Positions 29,346-38,203 of a stretch of DNA of 64,000 bases are shown piece by piece. Made by a program: the position numbers and the translations under genes. A model generated the notes under the pieces. That model saw only the letters and a list, made by a program, of their open reading frames with translations. It was not told where the DNA came from and did not search any database. This stretch comes from Pirellulales bacterium (GTDB taxonomy: Bacteria; Planctomycetota; Planctomycetia; Pirellulales; Thermoguttaceae): assembly GCA_016935315.1 (NCBI GenBank), contig JAFGRD010000141.1, positions 12,616-76,615 on the forward strand, in the 5' to 3' direction. Position 1 is the stretch's first letter; each line of letters opens with the position of its first letter.

Positions 29346-29449
29346 TGTACGGTCAATGCGCGAGGGCGACCAACGGGGGCCCGATTCTTCCGGGCCCCCG
29401 TTGGTCGGCCTTGATCATTCCCGATGCAGACATCAATAGAACATTTGTC
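29346..29449 (+). mobile_element. MITE-like element copy C, full length, closest to consensus.
   Basis: cattggcgtttgtacggtcaatgcgcgagggcgaccaacgggggcccgattcttccgggcccccgttggtcggccttgatcattcccgatgcagacatcaatag. The TCA of the 3' TIR, read on the other strand, is the TGA stop of the HEAT gene. Confidence 0.85.
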
Positions 29450-30137
29450 GCAGACGTTCGGCGATCGAAAGCGACCTGGCCGGCTCGGGCGTCTCGCCCC
29501 CAACATACTGTTGCCAGCGATTCACGTCGTTGCCGAGATCCTTGCCTGTGATCTGACGCAGGGATTTCATCGCCCGAACCTGCATCGCCGGATCCTCATC
29601 GCCGAGGACCTCCCCCAAGGCCGCCACGGCGGACGGGTCTTTCGACCGGCCCAGCGCTCGGGCGGCGGCCAACCGCACGTCGATATCGACGTCGCCACCC
29701 AGAGTTCTGCCCAACAGGGCGGCCGACTGCGGACCGTCACGTTTCCCCCACGCCTCGCAGGCGGTCATCCGTACCTCCGGGTCCAGGTCCTCCAGCGCGG
29801 CGCGCAGCACGTCCTCGGCCTGTTGGCAGCGATACGCGCCCAGAGTGCGGACAATCTCCGCCCGGATCAAAGGGTCGCCCTCGTTCTCGAATCCTTGGGC
29901 CAGCCGGGCTGCGACTTGTTGTTGCGAAGCAGAATCGCCGCTCGATCCCTTCTTCGCCAACTCCTTCAACTCGGCAATTCTTTCGCATGGAGCTTGCACC
30001 CCCTTTACCATGGGCTTCTTAGAGCTACCAAATAGACCCCAAGAGGGTGCCATGTCCATTTCGGCGCAACCCGCCAGCCAAAAGGCCAACAGCCAACCGA
30101 GCCAACCCCAACGCCGTGATCCGTTCGCGCTGTCCAT
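29433..30137 (-). CDS. HEAT-repeat (PBS-lyase-type) lipoprotein.
   Basis: Lipobox LAFWLAGCAE. Repeated ...EVRMTACEAWGK..., ...VDIDVRLAAARALGR..., ...DEDPAMQVRAMKSL... HEAT-like units. Confidence 0.65.
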   Translation of the reverse strand: MDSANGSRRWGWLGWLLAFWLAGCAEMDMAPSWGLFGSSKKPMVKGVQAPCERIAELKELAKKGSSGDSASQQQVAARLAQGFENEGDPLIRAEIVRTLGAYRCQQAEDVLRAALEDLDPEVRMTACEAWGKRDGPQSAALLGRTLGGDVDIDVRLAAARALGRSKDPSAVAALGEVLGDEDPAMQVRAMKSLRQITGKDLGNDVNRWQQYVGGETPEPARSLSIAERLRQMFY

Positions 30138-30538
30138 AGATGGTCTTTGCCTTGCAGTGGCCCGCGGGCGGAGTGCATCGCACAGATGAGAGGCGAGACT
30201 ATAGCAGGGGTGCCCTTCAATGCCAAGATGAGTCGTGGCAAGCGGCAGAAGGTCTGTACACGTTTCATAAAGCTACACAAACGGCGCAGATCAGGAAATA
30301 ATCTCGGCCCGTTGATCGACGATTTGCGGCCTCAGGCGGCAATAGCCGCAGCCCGCCGACGAATAGCCATTGGCGGAAGCCGGCGGCCGGCGGAAGCCTG
30401 CCCGAGGGGCGGAGGCTCTCACGACGCCCGGCCAGAGGCGTCCCCAGCCGCCCGTATCCCACGCCGTCGGCTTCCGCCCTCGTCCATCTCTGGCTATGAT
30501 GCACGAAACGACCCCACCGCCCTAACAGGGAGGCCCAG

Positions 30539-31048
30539 ATGCCCGAGCCACGAGACCATACCGAGGATCGTAACTGGATCGAAACCATCTTGCGGTATAT
30601 TCCCGGTTTTCGGGGCTACCTCGAGAAGGAATACCGCCGCGAAAGCGACGACCTGCAGCGGGACTGGCTGGCCGATCGCCTGCAGCGGTCGAAACGGGCG
30701 ATCGACGATTTGAGCCGGCCGTTGGCCGACGCGGGGCAGATCGACCTGTTGCCCCAGGTCGACCGGTTGCGTGGAAGGCTCGACAAGCTGATTGGGCGCA
30801 TCCGCGGCGCGATGCAAGGCTACAGCGGCTTTTTCGACCTGGTCCGGGTCCGCGAGGACCTGTTGGACCGCGTCTACGAGCACGACGTGGCGTTGATGAG
30901 GCAAGTCGACACCTTGGCCGAGGCCATCGAAGACCTGCCCAATCAGCAGGAACAACTCGTCGGCGCGCTCTCCGAACTGCTCCGCCAGACCGACGACCTG
31001 GACGACGCGTGGGACCAGCGTGAAGACATGCTCAAGGGGCTTCAATAG
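30539..31048 (+). CDS. Hypothetical coiled-coil protein.
   Basis: 169 aa, charged, with heptad-like pattern; directly upstream of the SPFH gene. Confidence 0.5.
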   Translation: MPEPRDHTEDRNWIETILRYIPGFRGYLEKEYRRESDDLQRDWLADRLQRSKRAIDDLSRPLADAGQIDLLPQVDRLRGRLDKLIGRIRGAMQGYSGFFDLVRVREDLLDRVYEHDVALMRQVDTLAEAIEDLPNQQEQLVGALSELLRQTDDLDDAWDQREDMLKGLQ

Positions 31049-31106
31049 ATGGACTCGCACGATTCAGGCAGTTTCCAACTCCGCCGCCATCGTTCCGAAG
31101 GCGGCT

Positions 31107-31213
31107 TTATTGACGCTTGCACACTCAATGCGCGAGGGCGACTAACTTGGAGCCCGACTTGTCCGGCCTCCCATTGGTCGGCCTGGGTTATTCACAATGC
31201 GAACATCAGTAAG
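31107..31213 (+). mobile_element. MITE-like element copy D.
   Basis: ttattgacgcttgcacactcaatgcgcgagggcgactaacttggagcccgacttgtccggcctcccattggtcggcctgggttattcacaatgcgaacatcagtaag. Intergenic, between 31048 and 31305. Confidence 0.8.
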
Positions 31214-31304
31214 GCACAGGATCCCTCTCAGAATCACGCGACCCCATTTGGCTGGCGCATCCCATCGGTAATTCAATTCTCCAAGCAGACCAAAGGACCC
31301 CATC

Positions 31305-32696
31305 ATGGCCATCCGTTTGGAAGTCATCAAGTTTTTCGATGAGACGAACCGGTCGATCGTCCATCGCGAGCCGCCACAGGGCTCGGCCGACATCAAGCTC
31401 GGCGCCCAGTTGATCGTCCAGGAGAACCAGGAGGCGATCTTCTTCCGCGACGGCAAGGCGATGGACTCCTTCAGCCCCGGCCGGCATACGCTGACCACCC
31501 AGAACGTCCCGATCCTCACGCGCCTGCTGACGATCCCCTGGCAGGAATCTCCCTTCCAGGCCCAGGTCTACTTCATCGGGAAGCAGACGTTTCTCGACCA
31601 GAAATGGGGCACCCGGCAGCCGATCACCTTCCGCGACGCCGAGTTTGGCATGGTGCGGCTGCGGAGTTTCGGCAAATACTCCTTCCGCGTGATCGACAGC
31701 CCGCTGCTGTTGAACACGCTGGTGGGGACACAGGGCAAATACACTACCGATGAAATCAGCTCGTACCTGAAGGACCTGATCGTCTCCCGGCTGACCGACC
31801 TGCTGGGCACGTTGGGGACCAGCCTGCTGGACTTGCCGGCGAAGTACGACGAAGTGGCCGCCGGGACCCGGGCCAAAGTAAGCGAGGAGTTCGGCAAGTA
31901 CGGCCTCGAGCTGGTCGACTTCTTCATCAACGCGATCACCCCGCCCGAGGAAGTGCAAAAGGCCATCGACGCCCGAAGCGCCATGGGGGCGGTGGGCGAT
32001 CTGAACGCTTTCATGAAGTTCCAGGCCGCCAACAGCATGGCCAAGCTGGCCGAGCAGGGCGGCGGCGGGGCAGGGGCCGGCATGGGGGCCGGTGCCATGG
32101 GTATGGGTATGGGGGCCGGCTTCGGCATGATGATGCCCGGCATGATCCAACAGGCCATGGCCGGAGGCGCACATCCCGCCCCCGGCGCTCCCCGACCCGC
32201 GACCCCGGCGCCCGGCGCGGCCGCGGTCGCGGGCGCTGCGGCCGGCGCCGCTGCCGCGGGCCCCGACTTCGCCAACCTGGCCCCCGTCACCACCGACCCG
32301 AAAGCCATGGTCCGCTCCGTGGCCGGCGCGGCCGGCCACGCGATTGCCGAATCGGGCGACACCCTGCAGATTACAGTCCCCATCGGCGAACTGCGAAAAC
32401 AGCTGGTCACCGTCGAGTTCGGCAAGACCGACAAATCGGGCCATTCGATGGTCAACTACTGGTCGATCTGTGGTCCGGTGACCGAGCAAAACGCCATGAA
32501 CCTGTTGCGCTACAACACCGAGATGGTCCACGGTGCCTTCGCCGCCAGGAATATCGGCGGCACCGAGATGCTGGTCATCCAGGCCAACCAAATGGCCGAA
32601 ATGCTCGACCCTCTGGAAGTCAGCCGCGTGCTCTCGGCGGTCGCCTGGCAGGCCGACCAAGTGGAGCAGAAGCTGGTCGGCAGCGACGAGTACTGA
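31305..32696 (+). CDS. SPFH/band-7 domain protein fused through a Gly/Ala/Met-rich linker to a C-terminal YbjN-like (T3SS-chaperone-fold) domain.
   Basis: N-terminus [51 protein letters not shown] (COG4260-type SPFH). Linker [30 protein letters not shown]-terminus ...[47 protein letters not shown].... Confidence 0.65.
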   Translation: MAIRLEVIKFFDETNRSIVHREPPQGSADIKLGAQLIVQENQEAIFFRDGKAMDSFSPGRHTLTTQNVPILTRLLTIPWQESPFQAQVYFIGKQTFLDQKWGTRQPITFRDAEFGMVRLRSFGKYSFRVIDSPLLLNTLVGTQGKYTTDEISSYLKDLIVSRLTDLLGTLGTSLLDLPAKYDEVAAGTRAKVSEEFGKYGLELVDFFINAITPPEEVQKAIDARSAMGAVGDLNAFMKFQAANSMAKLAEQGGGGAGAGMGAGAMGMGMGAGFGMMMPGMIQQAMAGGAHPAPGAPRPATPAPGAAAVAGAAAGAAAAGPDFANLAPVTTDPKAMVRSVAGAAGHAIAESGDTLQITVPIGELRKQLVTVEFGKTDKSGHSMVNYWSICGPVTEQNAMNLLRYNTEMVHGAFAARNIGGTEMLVIQANQMAEMLDPLEVSRVLSAVAWQADQVEQKLVGSDEY

Positions 32697-32697
32697 C

Positions 32698-33042
32698 ATG
32701 GACGAGACGAACCCTTATCGGTCGCCGAGGTACGGCGGTTACGCGTCCGCCGGCGACCGTTTTGATCGCACACCGGCAGAGCGCGCGGGGGGATACCGTC
32801 CGGCGATCTGCTGGGCGGTCGTGCAACAGGCCGTGATCCTGGGTTTTACCGGCCTGCTGCTGGACGGTGGGGCCACGTTTCGGCTATTCCTGTTGCCCGC
32901 CATCGGGTTCTGGCCGATCGTCTTGATGTTTGTGCTCCGGCGTCCCGAGTCGCCCACCCGCACGGATCTCGACTTCGTGAAGTTGGGCTATTGGCTGATC
33001 GCGGCACCGCTGGTGTTCGTGCGGGTGCTGGGCATCGCCTGA
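32698..33042 (+). CDS. Small membrane protein (114 aa), translationally coupled to the SPFH gene.
   Basis: MDETNPYRSPRYGGY..., three TM helices; the start abuts the upstream stop. Confidence 0.5.
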   Translation: MDETNPYRSPRYGGYASAGDRFDRTPAERAGGYRPAICWAVVQQAVILGFTGLLLDGGATFRLFLLPAIGFWPIVLMFVLRRPESPTRTDLDFVKLGYWLIAAPLVFVRVLGIA

Positions 33043-33124
33043 TTGGCCCCTCGGACGCGGTTTCCTTTCGGAACCAAGGACCTGACAGCAGACAAGTTGA
33101 GCACCTTTCCCGATCCGAAGCCCT

Positions 33125-34639
33125 GTGGATACGCGGACACTGACGCTGCTGCTGAACACCCTGCTGCTCTGCGGGGCCGCCTGCGGGATCAGCCTGCCGC
33201 TGGGGACCGCGCTGGCTTGGCTGCTGGTGCGGACCGACCTTCCGGGCCGCCGCGTCGGGCTGATTCTGCTGGGCCTGATGCTCTTCGTGCCGCTCTATTT
33301 GCAGACGGCCGCCTGGCAGGCCGGCTTCGGCATTCAGGGGTGGTACACGCTGGTGGCCGACGCCCCGGCCTGGCTCGACGGCTTCCGGGGAGCCGTCTGG
33401 GTCCACGCCATGGCGGCCGTGCCCTGGGTCGTGCTGATCGTGGGCGTCGGGCTGTGGCTGGTCGAGCCCGAGTTGGAGGAACAGACGCTGCTGGACGGCT
33501 CTTCGCGTCAGGTTTTCCTGCGGGTGACGCTTCGCGGCGCGGCGCCGGCCGTGGGCGTGGCCGCGCTCTGGGTGGCGATCGTCGCGGCCGGGGAAATGAC
33601 AGTCACCGACCTGTTCATGGTGCGAACCTACGCCGAGGAACTCTACACCCAGTTCGCCATCGGACCGGACGTGGACGCCGCGCCGCTGGGGGTTTGGCCC
33701 GGCGTCGTGCTGACCGTGCTGCTGGTCGCAGCCGGCCTGACGGTCTGCTCGGAACTGGCCCCGCGCAACCGTCCGCTCACTCTCCGCCGCCGTTGGGTGT
33801 TCCCGCTGGGACCCTGGAAGATTCCGGCGGCCGTTCTTGCGGCCGCGGTTCTGGCGTTGCTGGTGGGCCTGCCGCTGCTGAACCTCTGCTACAAGGCCGG
33901 CGTGCAGGTCACGCAGCTCGATGTCGAACGGGTGCGGACCTTCTCACCGGGCAAATGCTTCTCAATCGTGATCACCAGCCCCTGGCAGTACCGGCGGGAG
34001 CTCGGCTGGTCGCTGGCCATCGGCACGTTGGCGGCCACGGCCGCAGTCGGGGCGGCGACCCCCCTGGCCTGGTTCGCCCGAAGCGGGAAGCGCCGCGGCG
34101 TGCCCGTGTTAGTGGTTATGGCCGTTTGTCTGGCGCTGCCCGGGCCGCTGGTCGCCTTGGGGTTGATCCGGCTGCTGAATCGGCCGGAGTTTCCGCTACT
34201 GGTCTTTCTCTACGACCGATCGGTTTTGGCCCCTTGGCTAGCGCTTCTGGTGCGCAGCCTTCCACTGGCCACACTGGTGATGTGGCACGCGCTGAGGACC
34301 GTGCCCGAAGAGATGCTCGATAGCGCGGCCGTCGACGGGGCCGGCCCGCTGGGACGGCTGTGCCGGGTCGCGCTGCCGTGTCGCCTCTCGGCGGTGGCGC
34401 TGGCCTGGGTCGTGGCGTTGGCGGTTGCCCTGGGCGACCTGGCCGCCAGTATCCTGGTCGTTCCGCCCGGGGTGACGACGCTGTCGATCCAGATCTTCGA
34501 CCTGCTGCACTCGGGCGTGGAGGACCAGGTTGCCGGCATCTCGTTGGCCCTGGTCGTTCTGTTTGCCGTCTCGGCCGCCGTGGCAGCAGGCCTGGTGCGT
34601 CGCCTGAGCCGGCAGCCGCACCCCGCGATAAAGGGATGA
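33125..34639 (+). CDS. ABC transporter permease with two MetI-like domains (iron(III)/thiamine-type, FbpB/ThiP-like).
   Basis: About 12 TM helices. Each half carries an EAA-like loop (...DGSSRQVFLRVTLRGAAPA..., ...DSAAVDGAGPLGRLCRVALP...). Confidence 0.7.
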   Translation: MDTRTLTLLLNTLLLCGAACGISLPLGTALAWLLVRTDLPGRRVGLILLGLMLFVPLYLQTAAWQAGFGIQGWYTLVADAPAWLDGFRGAVWVHAMAAVPWVVLIVGVGLWLVEPELEEQTLLDGSSRQVFLRVTLRGAAPAVGVAALWVAIVAAGEMTVTDLFMVRTYAEELYTQFAIGPDVDAAPLGVWPGVVLTVLLVAAGLTVCSELAPRNRPLTLRRRWVFPLGPWKIPAAVLAAAVLALLVGLPLLNLCYKAGVQVTQLDVERVRTFSPGKCFSIVITSPWQYRRELGWSLAIGTLAATAAVGAATPLAWFARSGKRRGVPVLVVMAVCLALPGPLVALGLIRLLNRPEFPLLVFLYDRSVLAPWLALLVRSLPLATLVMWHALRTVPEEMLDSAAVDGAGPLGRLCRVALPCRLSAVALAWVVALAVALGDLAASILVVPPGVTTLSIQIFDLLHSGVEDQVAGISLALVVLFAVSAAVAAGLVRRLSRQPHPAIKG

Positions 34640-34693
34640 CGCCATGCTATAATCAAAGCATACAGCCAGTCGCGGCCTTGTGAAGGAGAAACG

Positions 34694-35851
34694 ATGCCGA
34701 CGGAGCAAACCCGCGTCTACAGCCTGCTGATTCTCATCGCATTGTGCTCGGCTGTGGCCGGTCCGGCCTCGGCCCTGGACCACGTGACGTTGCGCCGCGA
34801 TGGCCGGGAGATCCAGGTCGATGGACGGCTGCTGGTCACTGCCCAGGACGGAGGGTTGCTGATGCTGGCCGCCGACGGCGTGCTCTGGGCCGTCCCACCG
34901 GAAGAGCAGATCCACCACACGGCCGACGACACGCCGTTTGAGCCGCTTTCGCCCGAGGCCATGGCCGAGCGGCTGCTGGACGAGTTGCCCGACGGGTTCG
35001 ACGTCCACCACACGGCCCACTATGTGATCGGTCACGACACTTCGCGGGTCTACGCGCAGTGGTGCGGGGCGTTGTTCGAGCGGCTGTATCGGGGATTCAC
35101 CAACTACTGGAGCCGCAGAGGATTCAAGCTCCACGAGCCCGAGTTTCCCCTGGTGGCCATCGTGTTTGCCGACCGCAACGCCTACGCGAAGTTCTCGCAA
35201 CCGGAATTGGGCGACGCGGCCGGTTCAATCATCGGTTACTTCAGTCTCCGCACCAACCGAATGACGATGTACGACCTGACGGGCATCGAGACGTTGAACC
35301 GCTACGGCACCGCCCGCGGCACGACCGCCCAAATCAGCCAGATCCTCGCTCAGCCCGACGCCCAGCGAACCGTTGCGACCGTGGTGCACGAGGCCACGCA
35401 CCAGATTGCGTTCAACTGCGGGCTGCACACGCGCTACAGCGATTGTCCGGTGTGGTTCAGCGAAGGGATCGCCGTCTATTTCGAGACGCCCGACCTGGGG
35501 AGCACCAAGGGCTGGCGGAGCATCGGCACGGTGAACGGACCGCGGCTGCTGCGTTTTCACCAGTACCTTGCCGGCCGGCCGGCGAACTCGCTGGAGACGC
35601 TGATCGCCGACGACAAGCGGTTCCGCGACCCCGACCAGGCCCAGGACGCCTACGCCGAGGCCTGGGCACTGACCTACTTCCTCATCCGGCAGCGCCCCTC
35701 GCAGTACGTAGCCTATCTTGAGCTGCTCTCGCAGAAGAAACCGTTACTCAACGACGGTCCGCAGGGCCGGCTGAAGGAGTTCCAGAAGACCTTCGGCGAC
35801 TGGAGGAAGCTGGACGCCGAGTTCCTGCGGTACATGACGCGGGTCCGCTGA
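34694..35851 (+). CDS. DUF1570-family secreted protein (putative HExxH metallopeptidase-like).
   Basis: Signal peptide; VVHEATHQIAFN HExxH motif; the architecture is common in Planctomycetes. Confidence 0.6.
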   Translation: MPTEQTRVYSLLILIALCSAVAGPASALDHVTLRRDGREIQVDGRLLVTAQDGGLLMLAADGVLWAVPPEEQIHHTADDTPFEPLSPEAMAERLLDELPDGFDVHHTAHYVIGHDTSRVYAQWCGALFERLYRGFTNYWSRRGFKLHEPEFPLVAIVFADRNAYAKFSQPELGDAAGSIIGYFSLRTNRMTMYDLTGIETLNRYGTARGTTAQISQILAQPDAQRTVATVVHEATHQIAFNCGLHTRYSDCPVWFSEGIAVYFETPDLGSTKGWRSIGTVNGPRLLRFHQYLAGRPANSLETLIADDKRFRDPDQAQDAYAEAWALTYFLIRQRPSQYVAYLELLSQKKPLLNDGPQGRLKEFQKTFGDWRKLDAEFLRYMTRVR

Positions 35852-35987
35852 TCCCGCACCCCGGCCGCTTGCTCCCCCAGCGGGCTTCGGCTATGCTGTA
35901 CAGGACGGCTTCAGGGTCGCGACCGACGGCGCCCGCACCGGGCGGGACCCCGTGACGCGTGTTGAAGACGCCTCCCGCAATCGGTGC

Positions 35988-36091
35988 CTGATTGGCGTTT
36001 GCACAGTCGATGCGCGAGGGTGACCAACAAGAGCCCGATTCTTCCGGCCTCCCGTTGGTCGGCCTTGATCACCAGCACTGCAGACATCAAT
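35988..36091 (+). mobile_element. MITE-like element copy E.
   Basis: gattggcgtttgcacagtcgatgcgcgagggtgaccaacaagagcccgattcttccggcctcccgttggtcggccttgatcaccagcactgcagacatcaatag. Intergenic, between 35851 and 36227. Confidence 0.8.
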
Positions 36092-36226
36092 AGCGCCTAT
36101 CCCGGAACGTTCTCCCCTAGCCCTGCTTGCGGGGAAAGGAACCGGGGGGAGGGGTTTTGGAACAGGCTCTTTCGCCACCGCCACCAAAAGCACACTCCCA
36201 CCTGCCCCAGTTTCAAGGAGCCCACC

Positions 36227-37552
36227 ATGTCGCAGAACGATCCCTCGCAAGCTTCCTCGCAGTCTTCCCGACGCCAGTTCCTCAAGGCCTCGACGGCGGT
36301 GGCCGCCGGTGCGCTGGCCGGCGGTCTGGCGATCGGCCGCAGCGCCCACGCCGCAGGCGACGACACGCTGAAAGTCGGCCTGGTCGGCTGTGGCGGTCGC
36401 GGAACCGGTGCGGCGGTCAACGCGTTGAGCGCCGACAAGAACTGCAAGCTGACGGCCATGGCCGATGCCTTCGAGGACCGGCTGCAAGGCAGTCTCAACA
36501 GCCTGAGGAATTCCGCGGTCGGCGCCCAGGTGGCGGTGGCCGACGAACAGTGTTTTGTGGGATTCGACGCCTACCAGAAGCTGATCGACAGCGGCGTCGA
36601 CGTGGTGTTGCTCTGCACGACGCCTCACTTCCGCCCGAGGCAACTGAAGGCCTGCATCGACGCCGGCAAGCACGTCTTCTGCGAGAAGCCCGTCGCGGTC
36701 GACGCCCCCGGCATCCGCAGCATCCTCGCCTCCAGCGAAGCGGCCAAGCAGAAGAACCTGTGCATCGTATCCGGGTTGTGCTGGCGCTACCACTACGGCG
36801 TTCGCGAGACGATGCAACGGGTCCTCGACGGCGCCATCGGCGACATCCTGGCCATGCAGGAAACCTACTTGACCGGTGCGCTCTGGACCCGCCCGCGCCG
36901 GCCGGAACAGACCGAAATGGAGTACCAGATGCGCAACTGGTACAACTACACCTGGCTCTCCGGCGACCACAACGTCGAGCAGCACGTCCACAGCCTGGAC
37001 AAGGCCTCGTGGGCCATGGGCGACCAGCCGCCCGTGAGGGCCTGGGGCCTGGGCGGACGCCAGGCACGCGACCGGGATCCCCAATACGGCACGATCTTCG
37101 ACCATCACGCCGTGGTCTACGAGTACGCCAACGGCGTGAAGTTCTCCGCGTTCTGCCGCCAACAGCGGGAATGCTACAACGACACGTCCGATCAGTTCGT
37201 CGGAACCAAGGGCCGGGCCGACATCCTCAAGCACCGCATCGATGGGGAAAACGAGTGGCGCTTCCGCGGCAACGGCGGCAACATGTACGACATCGAGCAC
37301 CACGAGCTGTTCGCGGCGATCCGTTCCGGCAAGCCGATCAACAACGGTCGCTACATGGCCGTCAGCACGATGCTGGCGATTCTCGGCCGCATGGTCACCT
37401 ACACCGGCCAGACGATCACCTGGGACGCGGCGATCAATTCCAAGGAAGACCTCTCGCCCTCCAGCTACGCCTGGGACGCCGATCCGCCGACGCTGCCCGA
37501 CGAGCAGGGACATTACGAAGTCGCCGTGCCGGGTGTGACGACGTTCGTGTAG
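36227..37552 (+). CDS. Gfo/Idh/MocA-family NAD(P)-dependent oxidoreductase with a Tat signal.
   Basis: SRRQFLKASTAVAAGALAG twin-arginine motif; KVGLVGCGGRG Rossmann motif; ...EKPVAVD... catalytic region. Confidence 0.85.
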   Translation: MSQNDPSQASSQSSRRQFLKASTAVAAGALAGGLAIGRSAHAAGDDTLKVGLVGCGGRGTGAAVNALSADKNCKLTAMADAFEDRLQGSLNSLRNSAVGAQVAVADEQCFVGFDAYQKLIDSGVDVVLLCTTPHFRPRQLKACIDAGKHVFCEKPVAVDAPGIRSILASSEAAKQKNLCIVSGLCWRYHYGVRETMQRVLDGAIGDILAMQETYLTGALWTRPRRPEQTEMEYQMRNWYNYTWLSGDHNVEQHVHSLDKASWAMGDQPPVRAWGLGGRQARDRDPQYGTIFDHHAVVYEYANGVKFSAFCRQQRECYNDTSDQFVGTKGRADILKHRIDGENEWRFRGNGGNMYDIEHHELFAAIRSGKPINNGRYMAVSTMLAILGRMVTYTGQTITWDAAINSKEDLSPSSYAWDADPPTLPDEQGHYEVAVPGVTTFV

Positions 37553-37646
37553 ACGACGTTCGACACAAGGGAAACGTTATGGGTAGCAAGGCGTCTGCGC
37601 CGCCTTTACGCCCATAAGAATGCCCAAACTGTTCTTCTGCGAGTAC

Positions 37647-38060
37647 CTAGGGAGTCATCGCGGCGTCGAGCATGCCGGTCAAACCGCTCTTCGACGTGGA
37701 GCCGACGATTCGATCGACAACCTGACCGTCCTTAAAGACAAGGAACGTGGGAATGGAAGCGATGCCGTACCGATCGGCGATCGACGGATTCTGGTCCACG
37801 TCCAACTGGCCCACGACGGCCCGGCCTTCGTAGTCGCCGGCCACATCGGCCACCACCGGCGCCATCGTCTGGCACGGCCCGCACCAGGTGGCGTAGAAGT
37901 CGACCAGCACCGGCTGGTCGCTGTCGAGCACCTCGGTCTGGAAGTTGGCGTCGGTCAACACGAAGTGGGCGGCGGCCGTCCCGCCGACCTGCCCCGCCGG
38001 GCCGCCACAACCGGCCAGCAGCAAGAGAACCACACAGGTTGCGATGAGCCTGCCTTGCAC
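37647..38060 (-). CDS. Thioredoxin, lipoprotein-anchored.
   Basis: GTG start gives MQGRLIATCVVLLLLAGCGG (lipobox); WCGPCQ active site; ...IPTFLVFKDG.... Confidence 0.8.
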   Translation of the reverse strand: MQGRLIATCVVLLLLAGCGGPAGQVGGTAAAHFVLTDANFQTEVLDSDQPVLVDFYATWCGPCQTMAPVVADVAGDYEGRAVVGQLDVDQNPSIADRYGIASIPTFLVFKDGQVVDRIVGSTSKSGLTGMLDAAMTP

Positions 38061-38203
38061 GGCTTGGATTCTCCTGGAAGCGAATACTGACTTCAACCAA
38101 GGTTCCCGTCGAAGAAAGCCCCCCCGAAAGGAAGCCTCGGAATTATACGCCGGCCCCACACGGGGGCAAGTCGATTCAACGCCTGTCGGTGGGAAACGCC
38201 CGT

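Noticed and set aside
31206-32699. 497-aa minus-strand ORF
   Set aside because: Antisense to the SPFH-YbjN gene.
35891-37513. 540-aa minus-strand ORF
   Set aside because: Antisense to the Gfo/Idh/MocA oxidoreductase; it also runs through element copy E.
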